A DNA stretch of 55,039 bases, counting the filler, from Squatina squatina (Eukaryota): assembly GCA_031763465.1 (NCBI GenBank). It is 4 parts of 4 records of this genome, joined end to end, with 100 filler letters (N's around TTAATTAATTAA, not from the genome) between each part and the next. Parts side by side here need not be neighbours in the genome. Positions count along the whole stretch, not along the records: positions 1 to 13,553 come from JARFOE010000016.1; positions 13,654 to 26,045 come from JARFOE010000234.1; 2 more parts are not named here. One strand, 5' to 3'. The notes under the pieces were generated by a model, which saw only the letters and a list, made by a program, of their open reading frames with translations, had not been told where the DNA came from and did no database searches. Below are positions 11,330 to 24,600 of this stretch, in pieces (the first letter of the stretch is position 1; each line of letters starts with the position of its first letter). The translations under genes were made by a program, and so were the position numbers.

Positions 11330-11578
11330 GGGACAACTATGGCCTCGCTCTTGACCCCCTGAAGGTACGGGAACAGCAACGAACGATGACAACCAGCTCT
11401 TGGCTACTTCCCACCAGACGGGCCTGGCCAGCAGACCACATCTTCATCTCCACCCCGATCTACAACTACACACACAATGACTACAGGAAGTTCTTCACTG
11501 ATATAGGATATGAAGATGGCTGGTCCAAGTGGCAACACAGCACAGGCCTTCTGTCTGAATTGCCTCCACCGGGGGTGG
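11330..11578 (+). CDS. LCAT: LCAT-family last exon, 5' part (truncated by gap); most likely LCAT
   Basis: GDNYG..PLKVREQQRTMTTSSWLLPTRRAWPADHIFISTPIYNYT...LPPPGV; AWP.DH.FISTP is LCAT-like; acceptor ttttccAG, phase 1. Confidence 0.7.
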
Positions 11579-12059
11579 NNNNNNNNNNNNNNNNNNNNNN
11601 NNNNNNNNNNNNNNNNNNNNNNNNNNNNNNNNNNNNNNNNNNNNNNNNNNNNNNNNNNNNNNNNNNNNNNNNNNNNNNTAGTATAAAATAAAATTTGAAA
11701 ATATCAAAGTGAGAGGCTGCCACTTCATACTATTTTCTCTGACCTGCAGCCGGAGATTTACAATCACCGCCAATCTGTAAATTTACCTCACCACCAACAA
11801 TTGCAAATTGCCACATCCCAAGGTCAAACTTTATGCCCTTAAACGCGGCAGGCCAAGTTAAAGACCGCTTCGCTCCAGCAGCAGAACAATAATTCTCGGA
11901 GCAACTACGGATGGGCGGCAAATGTGGCCTTGCCAGCATTACCTGCATCCTAAGAATAAAATAAAAATGTTCTTTGCCTTTACAGAAAATAAAGGGAGTA
12001 TCTGTAAACCGGCTGGTGTGTCTACTTTCTCTTACCCTGCTGTATACTTCAAAACTATT

Positions 12060-12325
12060 GCTCAATGGCTCAACATGTTTATCCAGTCAGTAAATGGACT
12101 GTATGGGTCTGGAAGATCCCAGGTAAAATCCCAGGTCTCTGCTGAGTTAACTTATTTGGGATTGGGTGGCAGTAGGAGAATCAGCCGGGTTTACTGCTCC
12201 TGATTGCTGTGCAGCAACGCCTGCTTGAAGAAAGTGTGAATGGACAGCGGATGAGGACAGGGTCTTTATCGCCCTCCCCCTCAGTGCCTGCCAACACACT
12301 GTCTAGGCTCGCGTGAACAATTGGG
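12060..12325 (+). mobile_element. Old tRNA-derived SINE, AmnSINE2-like
   Basis: ggaagatcccagg..ggtctctgctgagttaact ... aatcagccgggtt..tgctcctgattgct ... tgaggacaggg ... acactgtctaggctc matches a recalled consensus; family name not verified. Confidence 0.55.
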
Positions 12326-12624
12326 TGTGTGTCTGGTGGCTGTGGAGCTGGACGCTGAGATGGAATAAACAGCTTCCCAGAGGACAGGAAAGATGAGGAT
12401 TAGTGGGAAAGAAACTGCTGTTCAGACAGTCACTGCAAACAGGCGTTTTGTAGAGAAAGTTCCATAAAAGGTTAAAAAGTAAAATGCAGTCAGGATCTGC
12501 AGGGCTTTTCCTTCTCCCACATTTACCACTGTTGACCTCGTTTTGTGTATGTGGGTGGCGACAGTAGCTGGTGTAGATATAGATTTGATTGCTAGTTGTA
12601 ACTTTGTTGTTTTGGAATTGGCAG

Positions 12625-12781
12625 TTCCAGGTGACCTGGGGAACCAGCTGGAGGCTAAGCTGAACAAACCGAGCGTAGTGCACTACCTGTGCACCAAGAA
12701 AACCGAGGATTATTTCACCCTCTGGCTGAATCTCGAGCTGCTTCTGCCCCTCGTCATTGACTGTTGGATTGACAACATCAG
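12625..12781 (+). CDS. PLA2G15: Lysosomal phospholipase A2 (group XV), exon 2 equivalent
   Basis: [53 protein letters not shown]; PGDLG, VVHYLC and WIDNIR are PLA2G15-diagnostic; ggcAG and GTATGG; 157 bp. Confidence 0.93.
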
Positions 12782-13136
12782 GTATGGCATGAGTAATNNN
12801 NNNNNNNNNNNNNNNNNNNNNNNNNNNNNNNNNNNNNNNNNNNNNNNNNNNNNNNNNNNNNNNNNNNNNNNNNNNNNNNNNNNNNNNNNNNNNNNNNTAG
12901 AGGTGCTATATAAATGTTGCTATATATATGGATTTGTGTTGATGTATTTTTATAGACGGGTAGGAGCTAACTTGGTGTTTTCAACAGTAGCAATTTCTGT
13001 TTAGCATTATGCAGTTAAGATTCTTTAAAAGTGCATTGTTATACATCATTTTAATTGGGCCATGTGGGAGGAAAATGTAAATCTTATTTTATTCTTGAAC
13101 AGCACAGTGAGTTCTCTCCTTTTTCTTTATCTCCAG

Positions 13137-13361
13137 ATGAAAATGGCCAATATTTCAAGGATCTACAGAAGATGATTGAATCAATGTACGAAAAGTATGG
13201 TAGTCCCGTTGTCCTGATAGCGCACAGTATGGGAAATCTCTACACACTCTATTTCCTCAACCATCAGCCGCAGGAGTGGAAAGACAAGTACATTAAATCC
13301 TACGTTGCACTGGGGGCTCCTTGGGGAGGTGTGTCGAAGACTTTGCGAGTGTTGGCAACAG
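13137..13361 (+). CDS. PLA2G15: PLA2G15 exon 5 equivalent with catalytic serine
   Basis: ENGQYF...[18 protein letters not shown]...[18 protein letters not shown]; AHSMG nucleophile motif; ctccAG and GTTGGT; 225 bp. Confidence 0.93.
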
Positions 13362-13553
13362 GTTGGTCATAGGGACACGTCCAGCGCGAGAATGTAAAAA
13401 CACTAGAGTGTTCTTCACTAACTGACAACATTGTAAATGAAGCATGCATGTGGTTGTGTTGCTTTCATTTGCGATTATACTAAAACATTTCATAATGGGA
13501 AGAATAATGGCACAGTGCGTTGGTGCATAAGGCATTATGGCAGAGAAATGTAG

Positions 13554-13653
13554 NNNNNNNNNNNNNNNNNNNNNNNNNNNNNNNNNNNNNNNNNNNNTTA
13601 ATTAATTAANNNNNNNNNNNNNNNNNNNNNNNNNNNNNNNNNNNNNNNNNNNN
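13554..13653. other. Artificial scaffold linker
   Basis: 44 N + TTAATTAATTAA (13598-13609; stops in all six frames) + 44 N. Confidence 0.97.
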
Positions 13654-15419
13654 TAGTAAGTTTTGCCAGTGCTTTTTTCACCCTACTAAAGCTCAACTTC
13701 ATCCAATAAATGCATTTTAATGCAAAACCTGTTCAAATATATACCCTTTAATGTAGATTTAAAAAAAAAAGGAATATCATCTACTTTGCTTGGAGGAGGT
13801 CAGTAAGGCAAGAAAGAAGAGCGGTAAGTCAGATATTATTGACAGGAAGACAGTGCAGAATACAACACTGTTTGGTCTTTGGTGTCATATGTACATTGTT
13901 CCATGCTGTTATTGCCAATCTTCTTTTTGTATTCTGACACCAAACATTTCCCTAGTGGCTGTTGTCACAGAAAAAAGAGAATTATCAATATTGCAGTTAA
14001 ACTCAACTTTCAAAGATGATAGCAACTCATTGCAGGGCTCTGATTTAATGAATTTTCTTTGATTTTTGGTGAGTTTTTAAACATCAAACAATAAATTGGC
14101 CAGGGTGCAGTAAAATATTTAGATCTATTGACTGTAGCTGTGAGATGGAGACGGCAAAAAAAATCACTTGTGGTTTGATGTTGATAAAATCTGAGCACTT
14201 TAATTCACTTGAGTTTTTCCTTTTATCAGCCTGAATTTCTGTAAAAAGGCTAAAGAAAGATTTTTCAGAAGTATTTTAATATTTAATTATACATTTACTA
14301 CAGAGCTAGAGATGAGTAGGCCCTTGCTGAACACGTTCATTTTTGTGATAATTGTTACCAGCAAAAAATTTGTATGCATGCAGGTCCGATAGCCTCCTAG
14401 GGGAATGTGCTCTCCTACATCCCATACGCCTTATGTCCAGCCCAGAGCATGAAAAATTAGTTCACTCAAGACCCAGCATTTCCATAAAAATTGCATCACA
14501 GTATTTCTATCTTGTAGATATTTGCTCGGCCATGATATTGCTGGCAGAGCAACAGGGGAAATGTGAAATCTCACTTCGTAAAGTCAAAGCCCTGGAATAA
14601 AAAGAAAGCTTAATAAAAGAAAAAGGAAAACCTGACTTTTTTTTGTAATATTTCCTCAGAAAACAAATTACTTTTTATACAAGTGATGCCTTTACTTTCT
14701 AAAATTGGATTTTAGAATTGCACTCTTAAGTAATGATCAGCACTACTTAGATTGCAGTTTCTCTCCTTTCCACCCCACCACCTGCCCTCATAGCCTGTTT
14801 TTTTCTTCGACAGTCCCTGTACTATTGAGCCACTCAATAAGTTGTTACCAGCAATGTATTGTGTAAAGCAGAAGAATAACATTTAAAAGGGGCCACGCAC
14901 CATAATAATAAATTCAACAGTACTCTAGCACCATGGCTCTGTGTTAAGACCCTGTTTATAATATTCTGTGTTATATAAATAAATTGTCATGAAAAAAACC
15001 TATCTGTGTGGATATTACAGATATGGAGATAGAAATTGGTATGTGTGCACCCATTTTTCGGGCACAAAGCATACCAAATTATCAGTGGGATGGACACGTG
15101 CAGAGAGAGATTTGGTTGTAAAGAAAGGCAACATACCTTTAGAAAAAGGGAAGCACTTTCCAAAATAGTCTACTTCACCTTTAAAGTCAAAATTGCCCTA
15201 CCATGTTACAATAATTAAAGTGGGGTCGCTAACTAGCATCCTGCAAACTGCATGTGGCTCTTTGCACCATTCAATTCTGATTTGAGAAATACAGATTAGA
15301 CACAATGAAACAGGCAGCCCTCCTTGCATTTTGACCCAATGGATACATCTGCAACTACTACCATCCTCTGTACCAGAAAAGAAACCAGATGTTGTCACCT
15401 GGAATAGAAGTGCTACTCA

Positions 15420-15495
15420 AGTAGGGTACAGTAGCATAGTGGTTATGTTAGTAGACTAGTATTGCAGGGGCCTGGACTAACAATCCTGGGAACAA
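15420..15495 (+). mobile_element. tRNA-derived SINE 5' head fragment
   Basis: gggtacagtagcatagtggttatgttagtagactagt carries an A-box-like motif typical of SINE heads. Confidence 0.5.
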
Positions 15496-18400
15496 AGCAT
15501 GTCAAAAGTCACATTGTTGTGCTAGGTTTCAAAAACTCTTTCTTGATTACTTGTACTAGCTGTATTGCTGTGAGGATATCTGTGAAGAAGCTAATGTACT
15601 ATATTTAAAACTTGTGGCTCTTTATCAGAATATAATTTCTGTTTCTGGCTCTTGAGATTTGAAAGGTTGACCACAGCTGAAGTAAATGAGAGAAAAAAAA
15701 TATTCTGTTTTAAAATTCTTACTATAACATTAGCTCCCAATTTAATTAAACATATTTTGAATGTATATTTAAAAGAAATGCATTCTCTTCAGGCTAAATA
15801 AAGCCCAAACCCAATAAAATCCTTCATCTTCAAACCTTACTATCTTAATCCAGATTAGGAATCTTCAATCCATTTAAAGTCCACATCCACACTTCAGGCT
15901 CTTGCTCCATTACTTAAGAAAACAGTAAACATATCTGTGTGCATGAGGTGGCCCAGCAGGGAAGGAAACCTCAACCTCGCTTACCTTCCAGGCTTTTTTA
16001 AAACAAGTCGGACAAAGTTTTGGTGAATGTTATTTCTCTGTATGAAATTGGGGAGTACTTTGAATAAAAAGTACGCTCTTAGATGTGCCTTCCCTTTTAT
16101 TAATAATTATTTATTCAAGTATTTTGAGTACTTATTTCTGTTTATTTCATTATTTAAAAAAGCAATTTTACAAAATAACATTTTAACCCTAAGTGTAATA
16201 CAGAATAGTTAATATGATTTCAGCACTTATCCATTTTATTATTACTACTTGTTTGTTTGACATTTTATCTATAAGCTTACCATTGATTATTTGGTATTAT
16301 TAGCAGGTGATTTTTTGAGAAATAAATGATAATTAGACTTTTTGAACAAATAGAACGTCCAATATTACACATAAGTTACTCTAAGATTTTATGCCTATTT
16401 GAAAATTAGAATAAAGAGACACTGGAATATTCCAAATTTCTCATTTTTGGACATAGTGCAATGAGCTCAGATCACAAATGAAAAAACAGATTTGTTATTT
16501 TTTTAGGATATTTTAAGACGATCCAGTAAAACTTGCAACAAAGGAGTTATTTTATTTGACCATTTTTGTAACATATCAAGCTGTAACTATTATACTTTGT
16601 TGTAAATATTCAGAATAGGATTGTTTCAAGTTCTTTTACTTCTGTACTAAGTGTGATATGGCAGTGAAATAGATTTAATAGTAATATTCATGCACCCAAA
16701 ATCAGCAGTTGGACAGAGAAATTAATAGCTGCTGAGTTTTATTTATGTAGTGTGTCGGATATTAGTAGGGATAAAAACATAGTTTCATGTGATGTGTTGC
16801 AATAAATGGTTCCCACATGCCACACATAATGTTCAGTTTCATGTCTCAGAGTGACTTTCTCTCTTTTCATTTAAATGCGCCTTTGTCCCACTTTACTTTA
16901 GTCATACCAGAATTACACCTGAGTGATGTAAATTCGGAGCACTGGAAGGGGCACTGAAGGTGATTGGAAGTTTCTGACTCATCTGATCAGTGATCTGGAG
17001 TTTTTAATTTATAAATGTCTTAAGTATTTTCAATAAATGTCTTTGCTTTAAACTAACATGCAGTGTCTGTACCTCATAGGTTTTGCGTTAGGCCAAGAAC
17101 CCACATTGAGATTGGTAGAGAATTATTACATCTCACAAAAGTTATCAGTGCTGATATAAAAGGGTTATTTCCCAGACAGCAGAATAACTTTGAAAACCAA
17201 CAATAGTCACCCTCTAACCCACACGTAACCCACACATTCCTTCACTCTCACTCAATCTTTTCTTCTTTCCCTCCTAGCAGGACACAAGAGCCCACAACAA
17301 CAGGGGNNNNNNNNNNNNNNNNNNNNNNNNNNNNNNNNNNNNNNNNNNNNNNNNNNNNNNNNNNNNNNNNNNNNNNNNNNNNNNNNNNNNNNNNNNNNNN
17401 NNNNNNATGTGATAATGTTAATGAGTTTAGAGAGAACTGTGGTACCTAGTTTACATAGTACAAATTACATTTCTACACTGACTCTAACATTAAAACAATT
17501 TTGTTGTGGTGCAAGGGCAGTAAAATCTAGCACCAAATGTCCCATATAGCATGAATTTATGTTCATCCAGAATTCTTGATATCCTAATACATCTCCACAC
17601 AACATTTATGTAGATCTGAATTGTTTATCAAGCAGCCTTTTTTGCCTGGAAGAATTTCCCTTTAACAGTATTGGCAGATTATTCAGGCACCACTGTATTT
17701 TATATGCTCATTTTACATGGTGCATTTTTACAAATGACCCAAAGGTAATTGTGTTATGAGATTTTGATGTTTGTAATACATAATAGTGTCTGCTTTCTCT
17801 AAAATTACTGTGATATTGCTGACTTTCTCTGGAATCATGCAATGGTTACAATCCGTCACATTTTTCTGATTTTCTTTATTTTTATTGCTGACATTTAACA
17901 GTAGAATTATACTTCTACATATCTGTGTAGTGAAATGGTAATTCTTTTGAAAGGATCTTATTAGCTTGAATGTACCTAAAGCTTTTAGTGCAGAAGAAAA
18001 ACACAGATTTTTAAAAAAAAAAGACAGAATCACATCAATAGCNNNNNNNNNNNNNNNNNNNNNNNNNNNNNNNNNNNNNNNNNNNNNNNNNNNNNNNNNN
18101 NNNNNNNNNNNNNNNNNNNNNNNNNNNNNNNNNNNNNNNNNNACACAGATTTGTTTCTAGAAATGCAAGATTAAAGACTTTCATGAAGAAACAGTGATGA
18201 ACAAGAAGTCTGTATGTCTGTTGAATAATACACACCCGAATTAATTTTGATGTGAGGTAAAGCTAAGTGCTGAAATAGCTGTGAATATCAACACATCACT
18301 AATTCATGCCCACTTATTCATTGGCCACTCACACCCACAGTACTAGATATCCATGACTATTTTACATCTGTATTTTAGTAATAAACACCTATTTCTGTTG

Positions 18401-19113
18401 AATATACCCAGTGAACTTAGACAAGAAGGTATATCTTTCAGCCAGTTTTCTTAAATAAATCATTGTTATCTCTGTGTTTAGATGCATTTTCTTTCCATGC
18501 TGAACTAGATTCCGAATTGAAAATTATATTTTACAATTTTTTTAAATCAATTACTTTACATTAGCCAAGTCTCATTTATTTCCAAAGATGGCCACCAATT
18601 TTTAGTCTTCATATCTGTGTTGAAGTGGGAGAAGCAACAAATTACGACTTCAGTGGGTTTGTAATTAATATCACTGTTTCTTTTTAAAATGTTCTAGCTT
18701 TGGTAAGACTTTGGCTAGTGCTATATCATAGTAAAAGAAAGAAAACATTTATTTTTCCACAGGGTGGCAGTGTGATACTAACAGCTTGCTTGTTAAATAC
18801 TTCAAGATCAAAACCAGTTACTGCATGTATATAACTTGCGCTTGTCTTTAATGTTTTACTGTGCAGGGTTTTTAAATGCAAAGACATGGCCTAGAGACTG
18901 CTTAACCACAGTGCTTTGAAAAGCTTGTTGTAGACATGGTCATAAGAATTTAACTGCTCAAGGGTTTAAGGAAAGTATTCTAGTGACTTGAGAAGGACTC
19001 CTGGCAACTTTTAAAAAAAATTCAATCAGATAATACTACACTATCTTTTTAAAATTCTCAGTGGCTGTTCTGAATTACTGATTTATTTGCAACAAAAAAT
19101 CAATTAGTCTTAA

Positions 19114-19398
<285 letters not shown>

Positions 19399-21165
19399 AN
19401 NNNNNNNNNNNNNNNNNNNNNNNNNNNNNNNNNNNNNNNNNNNNNNNNNNNNNNNNNNNNNNNNNNNNNNNNNNNNNNNNNNNNNNNNNNNNNNNNNNNT
19501 TTCAAAAGCGTCTTGTGTTGTGCCTGCATCAGGGTTAGCATAATATGGTATTTAAGTTCATCTTGAGCAATATGGTGCTGCTTGTAATTGTCAAGAAGTC
19601 ACCAGAATGTAATATGAAATAAATAGCGTTTTTTATCAGGTGACAATATTTTATATTTGCTACCAACAGAAGGATGTTTACTACCATGAAGTGCTAATTT
19701 GGAATAAAAGGGATGGTGTCTCTGAACTTGTAATTGAATGAAAGAATTTATTAAAATTGCACTGTTCACTATGCTGACCCCCGTGTATAATACTGGAGAC
19801 CAATACCACTCAATTTCCTACTTTTTGACTAATCACATAATGTGTAGTCTATAGCCTACAAGGGTAAATGCCCCTGGGATGTAAATGTTGCTCGTGCCCA
19901 TTTGTAAATATCTTGCAAATATCGTTAACATAGAAACATTCCTGAACAAACACAGCGGCTCGGAATCTGCAAGACAAAATGCAAATACTTTCCCTCAGGA
20001 GCTTGTCAACAAGAATTAAATGCAGGTTTTAAAGCTTGAATAGCTCAGTAGGGGACTAACCAGAGAAGGAAATATTCTCTTCAGTAATTGACACTTTTTT
20101 TATTATCTGCATTTCTCTACAATCCATCTTAAAGGTATTCAAATTGTGACAACATGGTTCTGTTCCACTCTGTTTTTTTTCTTTTTTGCCTGTGTTCTCG
20201 GTGCTGTGGCATTCGCAGGGTTGAACCTGTCCCAGTGTTCGTTGCTTGNNNNNNNNNNNNNNNNNNNNNNNNNNNNNNNNNNNNNNNNNNNNNNNNNNNN
20301 NNNNNNNNNNNNNNNNNNNNNNNNNNNNNNNNNNNNNNNNNNNNNNNNNNNNNNNNNNNNNNNNNNNNNNNNNNNNNNTGATCCATTTGATATGGCATTC
20401 AAGCAAGACTGTACTGAGTAAAATGATGTGTCTAACAGTCTAATTATGGTGGCATGGTAGTGATGTAGGTTGTTAGGATACCAACATGTTGCACCATAGA
20501 GTGGTAAAAAGTAGTTTTGTGCCCAAATTTTGCATGTGCTGAGTTCCTAATTTCCTAATGCCACCATGGAGAGATTATCTTTCCCACAGGAAAGTAGAAA
20601 GTTATCCTTTGATCTCTCTTTGCCAAACACTGTTTCACAGTTCTTAATTCTCTGCAAAGTGCAATAGTATCCATCAAGTTGAACATGGCTATTACACCCA
20701 TATCTTGGGAGTCTGTTCTACCACCACCTTGATCGCACTTTGGATAGGATGCAGAGATTATCAAAGGCAATTCCTCTGAACCCCACCCCACCCCGCCTCG
20801 TTGTTGTAACCTATCTTGTCCTTATTTTGTTAATATCATGTGCCCAATACTGTTCTGAATTTTACACTCTTTATCTCCTAAACCTGCAAATATGCTTTCT
20901 AACACATACTTCTTTCTCCCTGCACCTTGCCAAAAATCCAGTAGTCATTGTACACACACTTAGTTCATCCATTCCCAAGATCTCCATGTGATGGGACTCT
21001 TTACTTCCAATTATTTCAGCTTTTTAAAACTCAAGCTTGTTATTCCCCCAAATCTTCACTTCCTGATTTACTGTGTCTTCTGTCTCTTACTCTTAACCTC
21101 ATTTCTTCACCTTGGTTTCCCAGTTTAAAAAAAAATTATGACTGGAACATTTTGTAACTGCCCTA

Positions 21166-21720
21166 GCGGCCCCAGTTCGACTGTGTTGAAATCGGCCGCA
21201 GCATTCGGGGCCCCACAGCTGAAAGTGCACCGCGTCACCAGCGAAGTACAGTGAGGCGGCCTTTGTGACTTTGTCACCGTTCCGGATCGGCGTGACGTGG
21301 CGCTGACCAGGCGGTGACCCAGCCAATGCTACCACATGCAACTGTGCATACGCAAGCTGTGGCCTTGCCCCCTGCCTTAAAGGCAGGCTTGCCATCGCGT
21401 GAGGAATCCAGGAAACGAGGAAATCAGTCATTACCGACACTAGTTGCGTCGCAGGGCAGGCTGCCTCCAATTCCGGAGGTGGCGCCCCCACAACACACAG
21501 TGGTATCGCAGGTGGGCACAGAGAGTTTGGAACGCGATGTTATGACATCGTGCATCCAACGCCGGTGCCAACTGCCTCCCCGGTGGTGGGGCATCTACGC
21601 CGCCGGGGCGCCAGGCCCAATAAAGGATTTTTAAATTTTGGACTCTATGCTGATTTCACGTCCGGCTAGCGCCGATAATCGATACTACCCGAGCGTGAAA
21701 TCATACCAATTGGGGGCCCC
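21166..21720. mobile_element. GC/CpG-rich non-autonomous DNA-transposon-like element with imperfect terminal inverted repeats and a subterminal hairpin
   Basis: Sharp GC island in AT-rich DNA; left end gcggccccagttcg versus right end ccaattgggggcccc; hairpin tgatttcacg...cgtgaaatca at 21651-21703. Confidence 0.55.
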
Positions 21721-23789
21721 TTGTGTTTAACAATAACCTGTTGGTAATTTCTAATCTAACAATATCAAAAATGCCCCCTTTCAATTTGTTTTGTTATCAC
21801 AGGATGAATAAACTCTGATTTATTTTGATCCTAAATTATATATTCCTCAAATTCAAACATTTTTCTTTTTGTATTTCATTATATTGTCCCATTATTGAGG
21901 TGTTATAGCTATACTTGCTCACAGAGATACACAGGTAAGCCATTCCAGCAGCGAAGCCTTTCAGCAGGACTTAGACATTTTTGCACAAAGAAATTAATTT
22001 TAACATAGCAGTTAGGAAAAGGAAGCTCACTAATGTCTGAAACTGCACCCCAGCCTGAGTCACTATCTTCAGGACAGAATGGAAGAACATTTGGAGGAAA
22101 AGGGAGGTAAATGCTATAAAACATCGTCCTTTCTGATCCTCTAACTATATAAATATTTTCTTCAAGATTGCCCTTGAAAGTTCAGTGCTTCAGATTTCTA
22201 ATCAAAAATTTCAGATTGCCAAATCAAATAGTTGGTTAGAGTTTGACCAGACTCTCTCTTCAATTCACAGCTGACCTTCAGATGCTTTAATGATGTTCGG
22301 TGAGGCAGGTGCAGTTGAGCTATTGCCATGGAGTATTTGCCAAGCTACAAGTAGCTCTATACCCCACTGTATTCAGTGGGTGGTATTTAGCAGGTCTAAA
22401 GGCCACTTTGTAAGTCCTAGCTATGAAGTACACAAATCCAGTAACTTTTATAGGTGGGCAGTTGTCGAAGGCGACATGAGAAGATGCTTGATTATCATTT
22501 TGAGGTAGAGATTAAGCTGCTTGTAACACTTGGCTGAATAAAAGGGTTAAGGTGATCAGTCCCCTGTTAATTTATTGATGGCATGAAATATAGCCTGGAG
22601 ATCTTGAGAATTTGTTGTTATTTGCAATGTTTACCTAAAACTTTTTAAATGTGGCTTGATTGTAATGTGATTTACTTGACAGTTTCACCCTTTATTACTG
22701 TACTGTATTGGATCAGAGTGCCAATTGACACCTTAGTCTATATGAGGACAAAAAGTAAGTGATTTGTACATGATCCTTACTTTTCTAGCACTAGCAGGCA
22801 GAAGTAAGGTAGTTAAACCTCTTGCTCTGCGTGAACAGTCAGAGGCCAGACAGGCGCTTTGCACCTTGACCACCTATTATGAAGCTCTTTGCTGCAATGT
22901 CATGTGAAAGCAAGTTAATTGGGTGAAGCTGTAGAGCATGTTAGGGGCATGGTAAAGGGTTGCTAACTGACAGTTGAGTGTCAGTGAGAGCTAGTCAAGT
23001 GTGGCTGAGGAGACAGAGGCCTGTCACAAAGTTCATGTGGACTACAGCACTGTTAGAGAGCTGAAATGTGGTTTTGTGTCAGAATTTAGCCTTATTGCAT
23101 GCAGACACCNNNNNNNNNNTTATTTCTTTTGCTCAGTGTTCCTGCATTCAAATGATTGGACAAAGCATTTCAGTGTTAGGTATAACAGAGTTATGAGATC
23201 ACATGGTATTGAGTGGAATGTGGATGCAGTTATGGGTGGAAAATAAACAATCTTGACTTTTTTTACTTTTTTAAATACTTGGAAATCAGTTATTAATTCC
23301 TAAATTGAGACAGTCTAAGAATAAATTCTCAATGCCATCTTTAGATTGTACATTATACACACGTGTCATTCANNNNNNNNNNNNNNNNNNNNNNNNNNNN
23401 NNNNNNNNNNNNNNNNNNNNNNNNNNNNNNNNNNNNNNNNNNNNNNNNNNNNNNNNNNNNNNNNNNNNNNNNAAGGTCAGTTCCTGAATGAGTGTCACTG
23501 TTGCAACTAATCCATTTAACATGTTCTCAAAGACTTTTTGAAGTAATTGCTACTTTGGCCTTTGTGGAGCAAAGAGAGACCGGCTTAGTAGCCTGGAAAC
23601 ATTGCAGTTAAGATAATCACACTGACCCCGAGCCATGCTCCAGATGCTGACTGGCACTCCAGAACTCCAATGCTGAATTTTGGCACTTTGATACCAGATG
23701 TGGAGCTTTACAACAGAGTAAAACTGTGTTACTGTGTCCATCCTGCCTCACAACAAGCACATACGGATTGCCATTTCTTTTTTATGGAA

Positions 23790-24436
23790 GTGATCGGGTC
23801 TACGTCCTATTTTCCCCCCCCACCCCTGCCACGTAGCTAACTGCCGGCGCTGACTGACAGATTTTCTTCCCTCCCGTCGGCCTCCCCCTCGCGTGCATTC
23901 CGACATGCAAGGCGCGAGCATTCAAGCCATCATCCTCGTCTGAGTTGCATTTGCTCGGTTTGCTGCTGTCGTGCGAGACGACATTGGTTGCGATCTAAGA
24001 GCTAAGGGTGTCATCATCCGCCCCTGCTTGGGTCAATACTTGAAGGGCAGGGGGTTGGGTGGGGGGTTTGCGCTATCGCCTCCCAGGGAATTGGCTGGGA
24101 GGTGGCGGAGACGCTAGGCCCTTACTCCCGCGCCGCGCCCCACAATTAGCACCCCGGGCCGGTGTGCAACCGACGATTACGTCCTCCTTGTGCGCGCCGA
24201 TCCCTCACTATCCCGCAGGAGAAATTGTCCCGCAAGGCCAGCGATGGCACCGGCAGCTTGCCGAGCATCTGCACCCGTGACGCCTCTTAAAGGGGAGGGC
24301 ATTTGCGCCCCGGTCGCCATTTTTTTTTTTTGTCGGTCGACCGATGGCAGCCCTCACGTCGACTGGGCGGCCATCCTTTAGCCTGGCACGCCGACTAGTG
24401 TGCCACGCGGTTGGCCCTGGTTGCCGAGTTGCAGCC
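23790..24436. mobile_element. GC/CpG-rich interspersed element, truncated by gap
   Basis: Abrupt CpG-rich segment with no credible coding frame or splice signals; similar in character to other GC islands in the window. Confidence 0.4.
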
Positions 24437-24536
24437 NNNNNNNNNNNNNNNNNNNNNNNNNNNNNNNNNNNNNNNNNNNNNNNNNNNNNNNNNNNNNNNN
24501 NNNNNNNNNNNNNNNNNNNNNNNNNNNNNNNNNNNN

Positions 24537-24600
24537 GAAAGAAAGAATGCAAGAAGGAAAGAAAGAATGCATGCAAGAAAGAAAAAAATGAAAGCAAGAA
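24537..24600 (+). repeat. Degenerate (GAAA/GAAT)n simple repeat
   Basis: gaaagaaagaatgcaagaaggaaagaaagaatgcatgcaagaaagaaa next to a gap. Confidence 0.8.

Noticed and set aside
13598-13609. Recurring palindrome TTAATTAATTAA as a biological repeat or CRISPR-like unit
   Set aside because: Always centred in a 100-bp N block; an assembly linker.
14359-14591. Exon-like segment on the minus strand (ttttattccAG ... GTAACA)
   Set aside because: Stop codons in all three frames; could be non-coding, but nothing supports a call.
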